Assembly: GCA_963817245.1 (NCBI GenBank)
Contig: CAWFNQ010000005.1
Span: 7,890-71,889 of the forward strand
Direction: 5' to 3'
Source of the DNA: an uncultured Chloroflexia bacterium
GTDB taxonomy: Bacteria > Chloroflexota > Limnocylindria > Limnocylindrales > CSP1-4
DNA length: 64,000 nt
Shown: one piece after another, positions 32,276-42,062 of the stretch
Layout of the letters: each line of letters opens with the position of its first letter
How positions within the stretch are numbered: the stretch's first letter is position 1
The notes under the pieces: model-generated
What the model was told of the DNA's origin: nothing
The model's input: the letters and a program-made list of their open reading frames with translations, nothing else
The model's database searches: none
Program-made: the position numbers and the translations under genes

Positions 32276-33810
32276 TCAGCCGCCCCGGCGGAGGTTGCGA
32301 CGCCGCACGGGCCCGGCCGTCGCGGCGAGCGCCTCAGCCGTCGGTTCGGGGGCCGGCGGCAGCTCGGGCAGCTCCGTCTGGCTGATGAGGCCGGCGCGGA
32401 TGATCCGGCGCAGCTCCTCGATCGCGCGCTCGTCCGTCTCGGGCGCCCGGTAGGCGGCGAGCCGGCGGTCGACCTCCTCGCTCGCTCGCTGATACGTGTC
32501 CTTGGCGCCGAGCTTGGTCCATTGCTCGCGGTTGTCGCGGTCGACGATCGACGACGGCAGGTAGAGCTCCTCGGGCCAGTGGGCCATCGTGTGGTCGGCC
32601 ATGATCAGGTGCTGGTCGGCCATCAGCTGGTCGATGAGCGGTCCGACCGGCAGGTCGTCGATGGGGTGGATGTCGCGCACGAAGCGGAGCGCCTGGCCGC
32701 ACATCTCGTCGTCGAAGACGAGCTTCGGCAAGGTTGAACACCAGCAGGAAGTCGAGCATCCCCGGCCCGGAGACGGAGTTGACCCCCGCAAGCGCCGCGA
32801 TGAGCGCACTGCCGAACGTCTCCGCGCCCGCCTGGGCATCGAGGATCGGGCCGTCCGAGAGCGCCATGTAGGCCTGGCAGGGCAGCTCGAGCGCCTTCGC
32901 GACCCCGACATAGGCGGCATCCAGCTGGAGCGCCTCGATGGCAGCCATCGGCGAGGACGCGATCTTCATGTGGAACGTGGCCGGCGCGCCGCCGAAGAGG
33001 ACCGGGGTCCCCGGCCGCAGGACCTGGGCCATCGTGATCCCGGCCAGGACGTCGATGGTATGGAAGACCGTCGCCCCGACCGTCGTGACCGGCGCGATCA
33101 GGCCCATCAGCGTGACCGGCACGATCTCGACCGGGATGCCTGCCTCGACACAGTCGATGAGGTTCTGGCACGAGTCCTCGCTGTACCGGAAGTTGCCGGT
33201 CGCGGTGATCGTGAAGATGCTCATCGGCCGGGCGATGAGGTCGGCCCGGTCGTCCCGGAAGAGCTGCATCATCTCGACCATCCGCGGCACGCCGTGCTCG
33301 GTGAATGCCCCGCGAGACGACCGGCTTGAGCGAGTTCGTGAGCGTCATGTACAGACGCCACGCGTCCGACACCTGGGCCTCGATGTCGGCGTTCGTGGAG
33401 AACGCCGTCGCGAGATAGGCGATGTGCTTGAGGCCGTCGGCGAGGCGGACGTACTCGACGAAGTCGGTCGAGTCCGCCAGGCGCGTCTCACCGGTCCGAT
33501 GGTCGAGGACCTTGAGTCCCGACGAACCCGGCACGAAGTGGACCCGATCCCCGCCGAGGTCGGCGTGCGGGTTCCCGGCACGGTCGTAGAGCGTGAAGGC
33601 CTTCGGGGCGTCGGCGATGGCCCGCTCGACGATGGCTCGCGGGAACAGCACGCGCGCGCCCGTCGCGTCGAGCGGGAGGCCGCGGTCGAGCAGCCGGCGG
33701 CGCATCTCCGGACCGCGGATCTCCATGCCGACCTCGGCGAGCACCCGCTTGGCTTCGTCGAGGATCCGGGCGATGAGGGCGTCGTCGAGGACGGTCAGTC
33801 GCGGCCGCAT
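32276..33810 (-). CDS. Second MttB-family methyltransferase (frameshifts near 33310 and 32730)
   Basis: [17 protein letters not shown]; [10 protein letters not shown]; MGLIAPVT; GTPVLFGG; DAQAGAE; SGPGMLDF; KLVFDDE. Confidence 0.85.
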
Positions 33811-34184
33811 CGCACCCTCCGAGCCGCGCCGGTCCCGGGCCGGCGTCGCGGCCGTGAGCCTACCGCACCCGGCCGGTGGCGAGCCGGGACGTCCTGACGC
33901 TCGCATCGGTGCGCGTCGGCACCAGGATCCGCGATCGCGTGTACCCTTTGGGTCGTCGTCCTGCGACATGGGCCCTGCGAGCCCGTTGCGCCGTCCCCCA
34001 ACGGTGCCGACCAAAACCCCCGCGTCCCGCCACCTGTGCGGGTCGTTCGCAGCCCCCGGCTCTCCCTCTCGTACGGTGAGCGTCGACGCCCGCCCGGTCC
34101 CGTTCCGCGGAACCACCTCGGCGTGGTGGCGCGCCCTCCTGCGTGTGCGTGGCGGTCAGCCGCGGCTGCCGCACGCCGGAGATC

Positions 34185-34790
34185 ATGTCGACCGAAACCT
34201 GCCCGACCTGCGGTCGGACCTTCACGAATCGTCTCGCCCTCGGCGTCCACCAGGCCCGGGCACGTAGCTGCCACGATCCCGACGCGGCGAGGCGCCGAGC
34301 CCGCGAGCGCGAGGCCCGCTATCGGGCCCGCCACCGCGAGCGCCGGCGCCACCAGGTCCGGGAGGCGCAGCGCCGGCTCCGCCAGCGGTCGCCCGATTAC
34401 TTCCGGGCCTGGCGGGAAGCCCACGCCGCCGGAGAGCGGGCACGCCGCCTTCGTTGGCGAGCGGCCAACCCCGACCGGCTCCTCGCCCAGCGACGGCGGC
34501 GAGCGGCGCGCCGGGCGCCGGAGACGGCCCCGCTGCCGGCCTCGCACGCGCATCACCCCCTGTTCGAGCGGGCCTGGGAGATCCTGCGCGAGATCGGCAT
34601 CCGGCGCGACGACCACCTCACGGCCATCCGCGATACGCGCTGGGAGGACGCCTGCTCGGAGGCCGTGCTGGCGCTCATCGAGGGCCGTGATCCTGAGGCG
34701 GCCGTCCGGACCACCCTCGCGTCCGAGCGGGCCTTCGCCGCGAGGCACCTCCCGCTCGACCACCCCGACCTCCTGGCGGCCACGGCCTAG
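34185..34790 (+). CDS. Orphan protein with N-terminal C2H2/C2HC-type zinc finger and Arg-rich helix
   Basis: GGAG RBS; CPTCGRTFTNRLALGVHQARARSCH, then a long Arg-rich helix and a small helical domain. Confidence 0.65.
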   Translation: MSTETCPTCGRTFTNRLALGVHQARARSCHDPDAARRRAREREARYRARHRERRRHQVREAQRRLRQRSPDYFRAWREAHAAGERARRLRWRAANPDRLLAQRRRRAARRAPETAPLPASHAHHPLFERAWEILREIGIRRDDHLTAIRDTRWEDACSEAVLALIEGRDPEAAVRTTLASERAFAARHLPLDHPDLLAATA

Positions 34791-34836
34791 GGCCGCCGCG
34801 CTGGCGCGATCCGGCGAGCTGTGGCAGGGTGATGCC

Positions 34837-35793
34837 ATGGCCGGACCGTCGGCGACCATCGGTCGCCAGCGGCGCCTCGGGCGTCGCCCGCTCGCCATCG
34901 CCCTCGCCCTCGCGTGTGCCGTCGGGGCGGTCGCGGTCGCGCCGCCACCGGCGGCCCAGGCCCTGTCGACGTGGACGGGCGGCGTCAGCCTCTACCGATC
35001 GGGCGTCTTCACGACGCAGAAGACCTGGCTGTGGTGCACGGCCGCGGACATCCAGATCATCCGCAACATCGTCCGGGGCACCCGCGACCACACGACCGCG
35101 AACCAGCGCCACTACTTCGACTGGATGCGACGGCACAACCGATACACCCTCCCGCTCTCCGCCGGGGTGGACGCCCAGGGCTGGGCCGCCGGGATGGCGC
35201 ACTACGTCGACGCCCGCTACCGCCTCGTGTCGAGTAGCACGTTCACGAGCGCGCTTCGGAATGCGGTCACGCGGATGCGGCTGACGAACCTGCCCGTGGG
35301 CGTCACGGTCTCGCGCGGGAACCACGCCTGGATCCTCGTGGGCTTCCAGGCGACTGCCGACCCGGCGACGACGACCCATTTCACGGTGACGAGCGTCCGG
35401 GTCGTCGGTCCGCTCTACGGGCTGCAGAGCCGCAATGGCTACGACATGAAGCCGAACACGAAGCTGTCCGTCACCCAGTTCCGGAAGTTCTTCACGCCCT
35501 GGCGCTACGCGCCCAAGCGGATGATCTGGGACGGCCGCTACATCTCGATCCAGCCGGTGCCATCGACGGCGGCGACCACATCGACGACCGCCGACACCGC
35601 CGCGGCCGCCATCGTCACGCCGCGGGCCGTGCCGATCGCCGGCTGGATCGGACCGTCGGTCATGGCCGGCCTCGCGGTCTCGTTGGCCACGAGCCGCATC
35701 CGCGCGCGGTCGAGGCGGCCGCGCCGCTCAGGCGCGTCGCGCGGTGCCGCTTCGCGCCACGCGGGCCGACTGCGCCGGGCCGGCCGAGCCTAG
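34837..35793 (+). CDS. Secreted papain-fold (C39-like) cysteine peptidase candidate
   Basis: Signal peptide ending AAQA; [11 protein letters not shown] (Q..C) and GNHAWILVG (H); C-terminal hydrophobic segment plus basic tail. Confidence 0.6.
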   Translation: MAGPSATIGRQRRLGRRPLAIALALACAVGAVAVAPPPAAQALSTWTGGVSLYRSGVFTTQKTWLWCTAADIQIIRNIVRGTRDHTTANQRHYFDWMRRHNRYTLPLSAGVDAQGWAAGMAHYVDARYRLVSSSTFTSALRNAVTRMRLTNLPVGVTVSRGNHAWILVGFQATADPATTTHFTVTSVRVVGPLYGLQSRNGYDMKPNTKLSVTQFRKFFTPWRYAPKRMIWDGRYISIQPVPSTAATTSTTADTAAAAIVTPRAVPIAGWIGPSVMAGLAVSLATSRIRARSRRPRRSGASRGAASRHAGRLRRAGRA

Positions 35794-37776
35794 GAAGCGG
35801 CCTCGAGCGGCTCCCCGAACTGGCTCTCGTAGAGGTCGGCGTAGAACCCGCCCTTGGCGAGCAGGCCCTGGTGTGTGCCGTGCTCGACGATGCGGCCGTG
35901 ATCCATGACGAGGATCGTGTCGGCGTCGCGGATCGTCGAGAGGCGGTGGGCGATGACGAAGCTCGTCCGACCGCTGCATCAGGCGGGTCATCGCGCGCTG
36001 GATGAGCACCTCGGTCCGGGTGTCGACCGAGCTCGTCGCCTCGTCGAGGATGAGGATCCGCGGGTCGGCGAGGAACGCTCGGGCGATGGTGAGCAGCTGC
36101 TTCTCGCCCTGCGACACGTTCGTCGCGTCGTCGTCGATGACGGTGTCGTAGCCATCGGGCAGGGTCCGCACGAAGTGGTCGACGTGGGCGTCGGCGGCCG
36201 CCGCCAGGATGTGCTCCTCGGTCGCATTCGGGTCGCCGTAGGCGATGTTCTCGCGGATCGTGCCGTTGAAGAGCCAGGTGTCCTGCAGGACCATCCCGAA
36301 CGTCGAGCGCAGGTCGTCGCGGGTCAGCGTTCGTACGTCGACGCCATCGATCAGGATCGTGCCGGCGTCGACGTCGTAGAAGCGCAGCAGCAGGTTGACG
36401 AGCGTCGTCTTGCCCGCCCCGGTCGGGCCGACGATCGCGACCGTCTCCCCGGGTTCGACCGTGAGGTCGAGGTGCTCGATGAGCGGCCGATCTGGTTCGT
36501 AGCGGAACGAGATGTCGCGAAGCTCGACGCGCCCGGCCGGGGCGGCCAGGCGGACCGGTTCCGCCGGGTCGGCGACCTCCTCGGTCTCGTCGAGGAGCTC
36601 GAACACGCGCTCCGCCGAAGCGATGGCGGACTGGATGACGTTGGCGATCGTCGCGGTCTGGGTGATGGGCATCGTGAACATGCGTGAGTACTGGACGAAC
36701 GCCTGGACGTCACCGAGGCTCATCTGTCCCGAGGCGACCTGGAGCCCGCCGATGACGCAGATCGCGACGTAGTTGACGTTCGCGACGATCTGGAGCGCCG
36801 GCTGGATCGTGCTCGAGAGGAACTGGGCTTTGCGGCTGGCCTCGTAGAGCGATTCGTTCTTCTCGTCGAACTCGGCGATGGCCTCGTCCTGGCGGCCGAA
36901 GGCCTTGACGATCGCGTGCCCGGTGTGCATCTCCTCGATGTGGCCGTTGAGGGCGCCGGTCCGCGCCCACTGGGCGGCGAACTGGGTCTGCGAACGCTTC
37001 GCGATGGCGATCGTGATGACGATCGAGACCGGCACCGTGAGCAGCGAGACGACCGCGAGCAGCGGGCTGATCAGCAGCATCATCACGAGCACGCCGACGA
37101 TGGTGATGACCGAGGTGATGAGCTGGGTCATCGTCTGCTGGAGCGACGTCGCGATGTTGTCGATGTCGTTGGTCATGCGGCTGAGCGTGTCGCCGCGCGG
37201 ATGGGAGTCGAAGTAGCTGAGTGGCAGCGTGGCGATCTTGCGGTCCACGTCGCGGCGGAGCCGGTAGACGGTCCGTTGCGAGACGCCGGCCATGATCCAG
37301 GACTGCGCGCCGCTGAAGACCGAACTGAGGATGTACACGACGGTCGCCAGGATCAGGATCTGCCCGAGCGCGGTGAAGTCCACGCCGGTCCCGGGCACCA
37401 CGTGCATGTTCAGGAGCATGTCGGCGATCCGGTCCTGACCCGCGCCGCGGAGCATCGCATCGACCTGCTCCGGACTCGTCCCGGCCGGGACACCGGCGGC
37501 GCCCAGTTGCTTGCCGACGACCCCCTCGAAGAGCACGTTCGTCGCGGCGCCCAGGATCTTCGGTCCGATGACGGTGAAGAAGACGCTCACGACCGCGAAG
37601 AGGATGACGATGGCGATCCGCCACGCCTCGGGACGCAGCGTCCACACCAGCCGCCGGAAGGTGCCACCGAAGTCGCGCGCCTTCTCGGGCGGCAGCATCG
37701 CCCCGCCGAACGGGCCACCCATGCCGCCGCGCATCGGCGGCCGGCCGCCCGGACCGCCGGGCCGCGCGGCCATCAT
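35790..37776 (-). CDS. Type IV ABC exporter half (TMD+NBD; frameshift near 35975)
   Basis: [13 protein letters not shown]; GPTGAGKTT; [13 protein letters not shown]; [11 protein letters not shown]; IAHRLST in the shifted frame. Confidence 0.93.
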
Positions 37777-39515
37777 GCGGCCTCCTCCTCGGTGAGCTGG
37801 GACAGGACGATCTCGCGGTACGTCTCGCAGGTGTTCATCAGGTCGGTGTGCGTGCCGATGCCCACGACGCGTCCTTGCTCGAGGACCACGATCTGGTCGG
37901 CATGCAGGATCGTGCCGACCCGCTGCGCGACGATGATCACGGTGGCTCCGGTGACCTCGGTCGCGAGCGCCGCTCGGAGGTTGGCGTCGGTCCGGTAGTC
38001 GAGCGCCGAGAAGCTGTCGTCGAAGACGTAGATCGGCGGGCGCTTGACGAGGGCCCGAGCGATGGCCAGCCGCTGGCGCTGGCCCCCCGAGAGGTTCGCG
38101 CCCCCCTGGCTCACCGGCTCGTCGAGACCTCCGGGCAACGCGCGCACGAAGTCCTCGGCCTGCGCGACGCGCAGCGCGGCCCACAGCTCATCCTCGGTCG
38201 CATCGGGCGCGCCGACTCGGAGATTCGAGCCGATGGTCCCGCCGAACAGGAACGCCTTCTGCGGGACGAGGCCGATCGTCTCCCACAGGTCCGACCGCTC
38301 GAGATCGCGGATGTCGACCCCGTCGATGCAGACCGAGCCGCTTGTCGGGTCGGCGAACCGGGGGATGAGCGCGACCAGGGTCGACTTGCCACTCCCCGTG
38401 CTGCCGACGATGGCCGTGGTCTGGCCGGGCCGGGCCGTGAAGGAGACGTCGCGCAAGACCGGGTCCTCGGCACCCGGGTAGGCGTAGGTCGCACCGCGGA
38501 ATTCGAGCGCCCGGCCGGCACCGGAGCCGGGGACCGGGATCGGGGTGGGGGGATCGGCGACGGCGGGTACGGTGGCGAGGACCTCGTTGATGCGCTCGGC
38601 CGATACCGCGGCGCGGGGCACGAGGACGAACATGATCACGGCCATCATCACGGCCATCAGGATCTGGGCGACGTACTGGAGGAACGCCACGAGGTTGCCG
38701 ATCGGCATCTCGCCGCTGTCGACGCGCAGGCTCCCGAACCACAGGATCGCGACCGACGACAGGTTGAAGATGAGCATGAGGGTCGGGATGAGCAGGGCGA
38801 ACAGCCGGTTCACCCGGACGGCCGTCGACGTCAGGTCCAGGTTGGCGACATCGAAGCGGGCCTCCTCGTGCGTCGTGCGCACGAACGCCCGGATGACGCG
38901 GATGCCCGCCAGCGTCTCGCGCGTGACCTGATTGATGCGGTCGATCTTGACCTGAAGGGCCCGGAACAGCGGGACCGCGCGGGCGAGCAACACGCCGATG
39001 ACCAGCGCCATGATCGGCAGGATCACGACGAGGATGCCGGCGAGGGGGACGTCCTGGCGGAGGGCCATGATCACCCCGCCGATGGCCATGATCGGCGCCA
39101 GGATCATCACGTTGAAGCCCATCAGGACGACGATCTGGACCTGCTGGACGTCGTTCGTGTTCCGCGTGATCAACGATGGCGTGCCGAACCGATTGAGTTC
39201 GGCCTGCGAGAAGGACTGGACCGCCCGGAAGATGCCGCCGCGCACGTCCCGCCCGAAGGCCATGCCGACCCCGGCGCTGAAATAGACGCCGATGATCGCG
39301 GCGACCCCGAGGACGGCGCTCACCAGGAGCATCACGCCGCCCACCTGCAGGATGTAGTCCGTGTCGCCCTTGGCGACGCCGTTGTTGATGATGTCGGCGT
39401 TGAGCTCGGGCAGATAGAGGGTCGCGATCGCCTGGACGAGCAGCAGGAAAAGGATGAGCGCGATCGGCCGCGAGTACGGGCGAAGGTAGCGGCGGAAGAG
39501 TCGGACGAGGGTCAT
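37773..39515 (-). CDS. Type IV ABC exporter half (TMD+NBD), heterodimer partner
   Basis: SLITRNTNDVQQ; GSTGSGKST; LSGGQRQRLAIARA; FDDSFSALD; IVAQR (degenerate site). Confidence 0.93.
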   Translation of the reverse strand: MTLVRLFRRYLRPYSRPIALILFLLLVQAIATLYLPELNADIINNGVAKGDTDYILQVGGVMLLVSAVLGVAAIIGVYFSAGVGMAFGRDVRGGIFRAVQSFSQAELNRFGTPSLITRNTNDVQQVQIVVLMGFNVMILAPIMAIGGVIMALRQDVPLAGILVVILPIMALVIGVLLARAVPLFRALQVKIDRINQVTRETLAGIRVIRAFVRTTHEEARFDVANLDLTSTAVRVNRLFALLIPTLMLIFNLSSVAILWFGSLRVDSGEMPIGNLVAFLQYVAQILMAVMMAVIMFVLVPRAAVSAERINEVLATVPAVADPPTPIPVPGSGAGRALEFRGATYAYPGAEDPVLRDVSFTARPGQTTAIVGSTGSGKSTLVALIPRFADPTSGSVCIDGVDIRDLERSDLWETIGLVPQKAFLFGGTIGSNLRVGAPDATEDELWAALRVAQAEDFVRALPGGLDEPVSQGGANLSGGQRQRLAIARALVKRPPIYVFDDSFSALDYRTDANLRAALATEVTGATVIIVAQRVGTILHADQIVVLEQGRVVGIGTHTDLMNTCETYREIVLSQLTEEEAA

Positions 39516-39988
39516 CCGCGGGCCTGCCGCTCGTTGATCGTTCGGACGAGACGATGGAGCTGATCGAGCTCGGAGGGCTCGAGGACGGAGAGGGTCCGCT
39601 GCAACTCGGCCTGGCGGACCCCGGCGAACTGGAGGACCAGCCGTCGGCCCTCGGCGGTGAGGTCGCACTCGACGACCCGCCGGTCGTCGGCGCGGTGGCG
39701 GCGCTTGACGAGACCGTGGCGCTCGACGCGCTCCACCAGGCCGCTGACCCCGGTCGAGGTCAGGTCGAACAACGTGGCGATCCGGCCCATCGGCTGGGCG
39801 CCCTCCCGATGGAGCAGGAACAACAGGCGAAGCTGGCCGAACGTGAGGTCGCGCACGGGCAGGGGGGTCCGGGTCGCCATCGGGCGGAACATCCGCAGGA
39901 TGTCGGCGGCGACGGTCTCGAGGTCGGCGGACGCGGGCCCAGACGACGCCGGGCCAGCCGACCCGTAGCTCGGCGATACTTCACTCAC
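39512..39988 (-). CDS. MarR family transcriptional regulator
   Basis: LTFGQLRLL; VSGLVERVERHGLVKR..DDRRVV..LTAEG; TACTAT -10 six nt before the GTG at 39988. Confidence 0.9.
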   Translation of the reverse strand: MSEVSPSYGSAGPASSGPASADLETVAADILRMFRPMATRTPLPVRDLTFGQLRLLFLLHREGAQPMGRIATLFDLTSTGVSGLVERVERHGLVKRRHRADDRRVVECDLTAEGRRLVLQFAGVRQAELQRTLSVLEPSELDQLHRLVRTINERQARG

Positions 39989-39989
39989 G

Positions 39990-40004
39990 CGTGAATAGTA
40001 CACG
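39990..40004. promoter_or_regulatory. Imperfect palindrome over the marR -10 (candidate MarR operator)
   Basis: CGTGAATAGTACACG overlaps the -10; a second CGTGAACTA lies at 40009-40017. Confidence 0.45.
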
Positions 40005-40133
40005 ATGACGTGAACTACCGAGCATGCCCGATCGGTCCTGGGTGGCGGGGGAGCCCTCGCCCCGGCCGCTGGGGGACGTTGGATGACGACGTACGCGTCG
40101 CTGGGGATGGTTCAGCTGATCGTTGATTCGCGC

Positions 40134-40259
40134 CTAGTGCGGGAAGGGCCCTCCGCCCGAACCCGCAAGGACGGACGACCCTGCGGCGAGGATGGCGAGC
40201 GATGCGACCGCGATCGCGGTGACAAGGGAACGGATCTGACGGGCACGACCGTGGGACAT
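40134..40259 (-). CDS. Small secreted pro-peptide (41 aa; candidate signalling peptide precursor)
   Basis: AAAGGAG RBS 8 nt upstream; MSHGRARQIRSLVTAIAVASLAILAAGSSVLAGSGGGPFPH*: basic N-region, hydrophobic H-region, VLA cleavage motif, 9-aa tail. Absent from the ORF track, which lists nothing under 60 aa. Confidence 0.8.
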   Translation of the reverse strand: MSHGRARQIRSLVTAIAVASLAILAAGSSVLAGSGGGPFPH

Positions 40260-40301
40260 GACTCCGGCTCCTTTCGGCGCCGGGGCGTGGGCTCCGTCGA
40301 T

Positions 40302-40330
40302 AGGCTATGCTCTCGCTGTGCGGAAGTCAA
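40302..40330 (-). promoter_or_regulatory. Sigma70-type promoter of the peptide gene
   Basis: TTGACT (40330-40325)-N17-TAGCCT (40307-40302); overlaps the divergent -10 TATGCT (40306-40311). Confidence 0.7.
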
Positions 40331-40587
40331 CTATTGCTAAACAGTCGGTGGCCGGCACAGGCACGGCCTTCGCCCGGGCACTGGGGAATGAGATCCGTCG
40401 TCGACGGCGGGAGCTCGGGCTCACCCAGGAGTCCGTGGCCCGACCGATGGGCCGGGCCTTCCTGTCGCTCGTCGAGCGGGGTCGCCTGACGCCATCGCTC
40501 GCAAGCTTGCTAATCATTGCCCGCCGGTTGGATACTTCGGCCGCTGACATCCTTCGCTCCGTCGACGCAAGCCTGGAGGAGCCATGA
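40318..40587 (+). CDS. Small XRE-family HTH regulator
   Basis: LGNEIRRRRRELGLTQESVA..AFLSLVERGRLTPSLASLLIIARRL; stop overlaps the next ATG (ATGA). Start could alternatively be GTG 40348. Confidence 0.85.
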   Translation: MRKSTIAKQSVAGTGTAFARALGNEIRRRRRELGLTQESVARPMGRAFLSLVERGRLTPSLASLLIIARRLDTSAADILRSVDASLEEP

Positions 40588-41897
40588 GCCGCGCGGCATC
40601 ACCCTCCCGACGCAAGTCCCACGCGGCCGAGGACCGGCCGCTCGCGCAGCGTGTCGGAGCCCGGCTGCGCAAGGCCCGGCTCGAGGCCGGCATGACCCAG
40701 GCGCAGCTCGCGGCCGGCCGATACACGAAGGCGTACGTGAGCGCCCTCGAGAACGGGCTGTCGAAGCCGTCGATGGCGGCGCTCAATTTCTTCGCCGAGC
40801 GCCTCCAGCTCCCGATGGAGCGATTCCTTTCCGATGGCGAGCCGGCATGGACCCGGCTCGAGGCCGACCTCCGCCTTGCCTCGGGCGATTGGGCTGGAGC
40901 GATCGACGCCTATACCGCGCTGCTGGACGCGGCACCCGCCGATCGGACCCGCGCGGAGCTGTTCCTCGGTCTGGCGGAGGCGTTCGCCCGTCTCGATCGA
41001 GGGACCGATGCGGTTCGCGCCGCGGCCGAGGCGGCGACGATATTCCGGGCGCACCATCGTGCGACCGAGGCGGCCCTGGCAACGTACTGGCAGGCCTACG
41101 GCCTCTATGAGATGGAGCAGGGCGACCAGGCCGGATCACTCCTGTCGCAGCTCCTCGACGGGATCGCGGCCGGCGTCGCGGTCGAGCCGGACTTCCACGT
41201 GCGAGTGCTGATCGCCCTGTCGATGGTCACGTCGCGCGACGACGAGCCGGAGCGGGCATTGGCCTACCTCGAACGAGCCCGAGCGATGGTCGGGGAACTC
41301 GACGATCGCAAACGGGCGGTGTTCCTCTTCTCGCTCGCGATCAGCTACAACAGCCTGGGCGACTACGAAGCGGCGATCACCACGGGGACGCAGAGCCTCG
41401 CCCGGTTCCGCGCGGCCGACGCCGACAGCGATGCGGCGTCGCTCGAGAACGAGCTGGCGCTCGTCCAGCTCGCGCTCGGCAACCTGAAGGCCGCCAAGCG
41501 GCACGCCGCGGTCGCCCGAGCCTACTTCGAAGGGATCGACGACCGTCGCTGGATCTCGCACGTGACCGACACGGAGAGCCAGATCGCCCTCGCCGACGGC
41601 CGGACGGCCGAGGCGGCGACGCTGGCGACGCGGTCGCTGGACCTCGCTGAGGAGAGCGGCGACCGGCGGGCGGCGATCACCGCCGGCCTCACGCTCGCCC
41701 GCGCGCAGCGCGCCGGCGGGGACCCGATCGCGGCCGCGGCGACCCTCGAGCGGACCGCCGATCTCGCCCGGGATCTCGGGCGGCGCGGGCAGCTCCAGGC
41801 CGTGCTCGGAGAGTGGAGCGACCTCCTCGCGGAACAGGGCGACCTGGCCCGCGCCTACGAGCTGTCGCGCGAAGCGCTGGACGCCGGCCGCCACTAG
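40584..41897 (+). CDS. XRE-HTH + TPR transcriptional regulator (RRNPP-like architecture)
   Basis: VGARLRKARLEAGMTQAQLA..KAYVSALENGLSKPS, followed by about 350 aa of TPR-like helices (GDWAGAIDAY, LGDYEAAI, ENELALVQLALGN, GDLARAYEL); GGAGG RBS. Confidence 0.9.
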   Translation: MSRAASPSRRKSHAAEDRPLAQRVGARLRKARLEAGMTQAQLAAGRYTKAYVSALENGLSKPSMAALNFFAERLQLPMERFLSDGEPAWTRLEADLRLASGDWAGAIDAYTALLDAAPADRTRAELFLGLAEAFARLDRGTDAVRAAAEAATIFRAHHRATEAALATYWQAYGLYEMEQGDQAGSLLSQLLDGIAAGVAVEPDFHVRVLIALSMVTSRDDEPERALAYLERARAMVGELDDRKRAVFLFSLAISYNSLGDYEAAITTGTQSLARFRAADADSDAASLENELALVQLALGNLKAAKRHAAVARAYFEGIDDRRWISHVTDTESQIALADGRTAEAATLATRSLDLAEESGDRRAAITAGLTLARAQRAGGDPIAAAATLERTADLARDLGRRGQLQAVLGEWSDLLAEQGDLARAYELSREALDAGRH

Positions 41898-41941
41898 CCC
41901 GCCGGCACCCCGCCGCGCCGCGCCGGCGGCCGCACGAGGTG

Positions 41942-41984
41942 AGTCAACTATAGATTGACGCTCGCGTCGGACCGGACGTACGCT
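41942..41984 (+). promoter_or_regulatory. Palindromic operator-like site plus promoter of the EAL gene
   Basis: AGTCAACTATAGATTGAC inverted repeat; TTGACG (41955)-N18-TACGCT (41979). Confidence 0.55.
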
Positions 41985-42062
41985 TCCGGCGGTGTCCAGC
42001 CTGCGCTTGAGCCCCTGCACCGCGAGGCCCGTCGCCGACTCGCGGCGCCGTCATCGCTCCTG

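Noticed and set aside
33945-34020. tRNA gene
   Set aside because: Cloverleaf-like, but lacks the TTCRA T-loop, D-loop GG and CCA end.
40134-40259. RiPP precursor or type I toxin
   Set aside because: No modifying enzymes adjacent; the sequence is a classical signal peptide with a short polar tail, next to an HTH-TPR regulator. A toxin role is not formally excluded.
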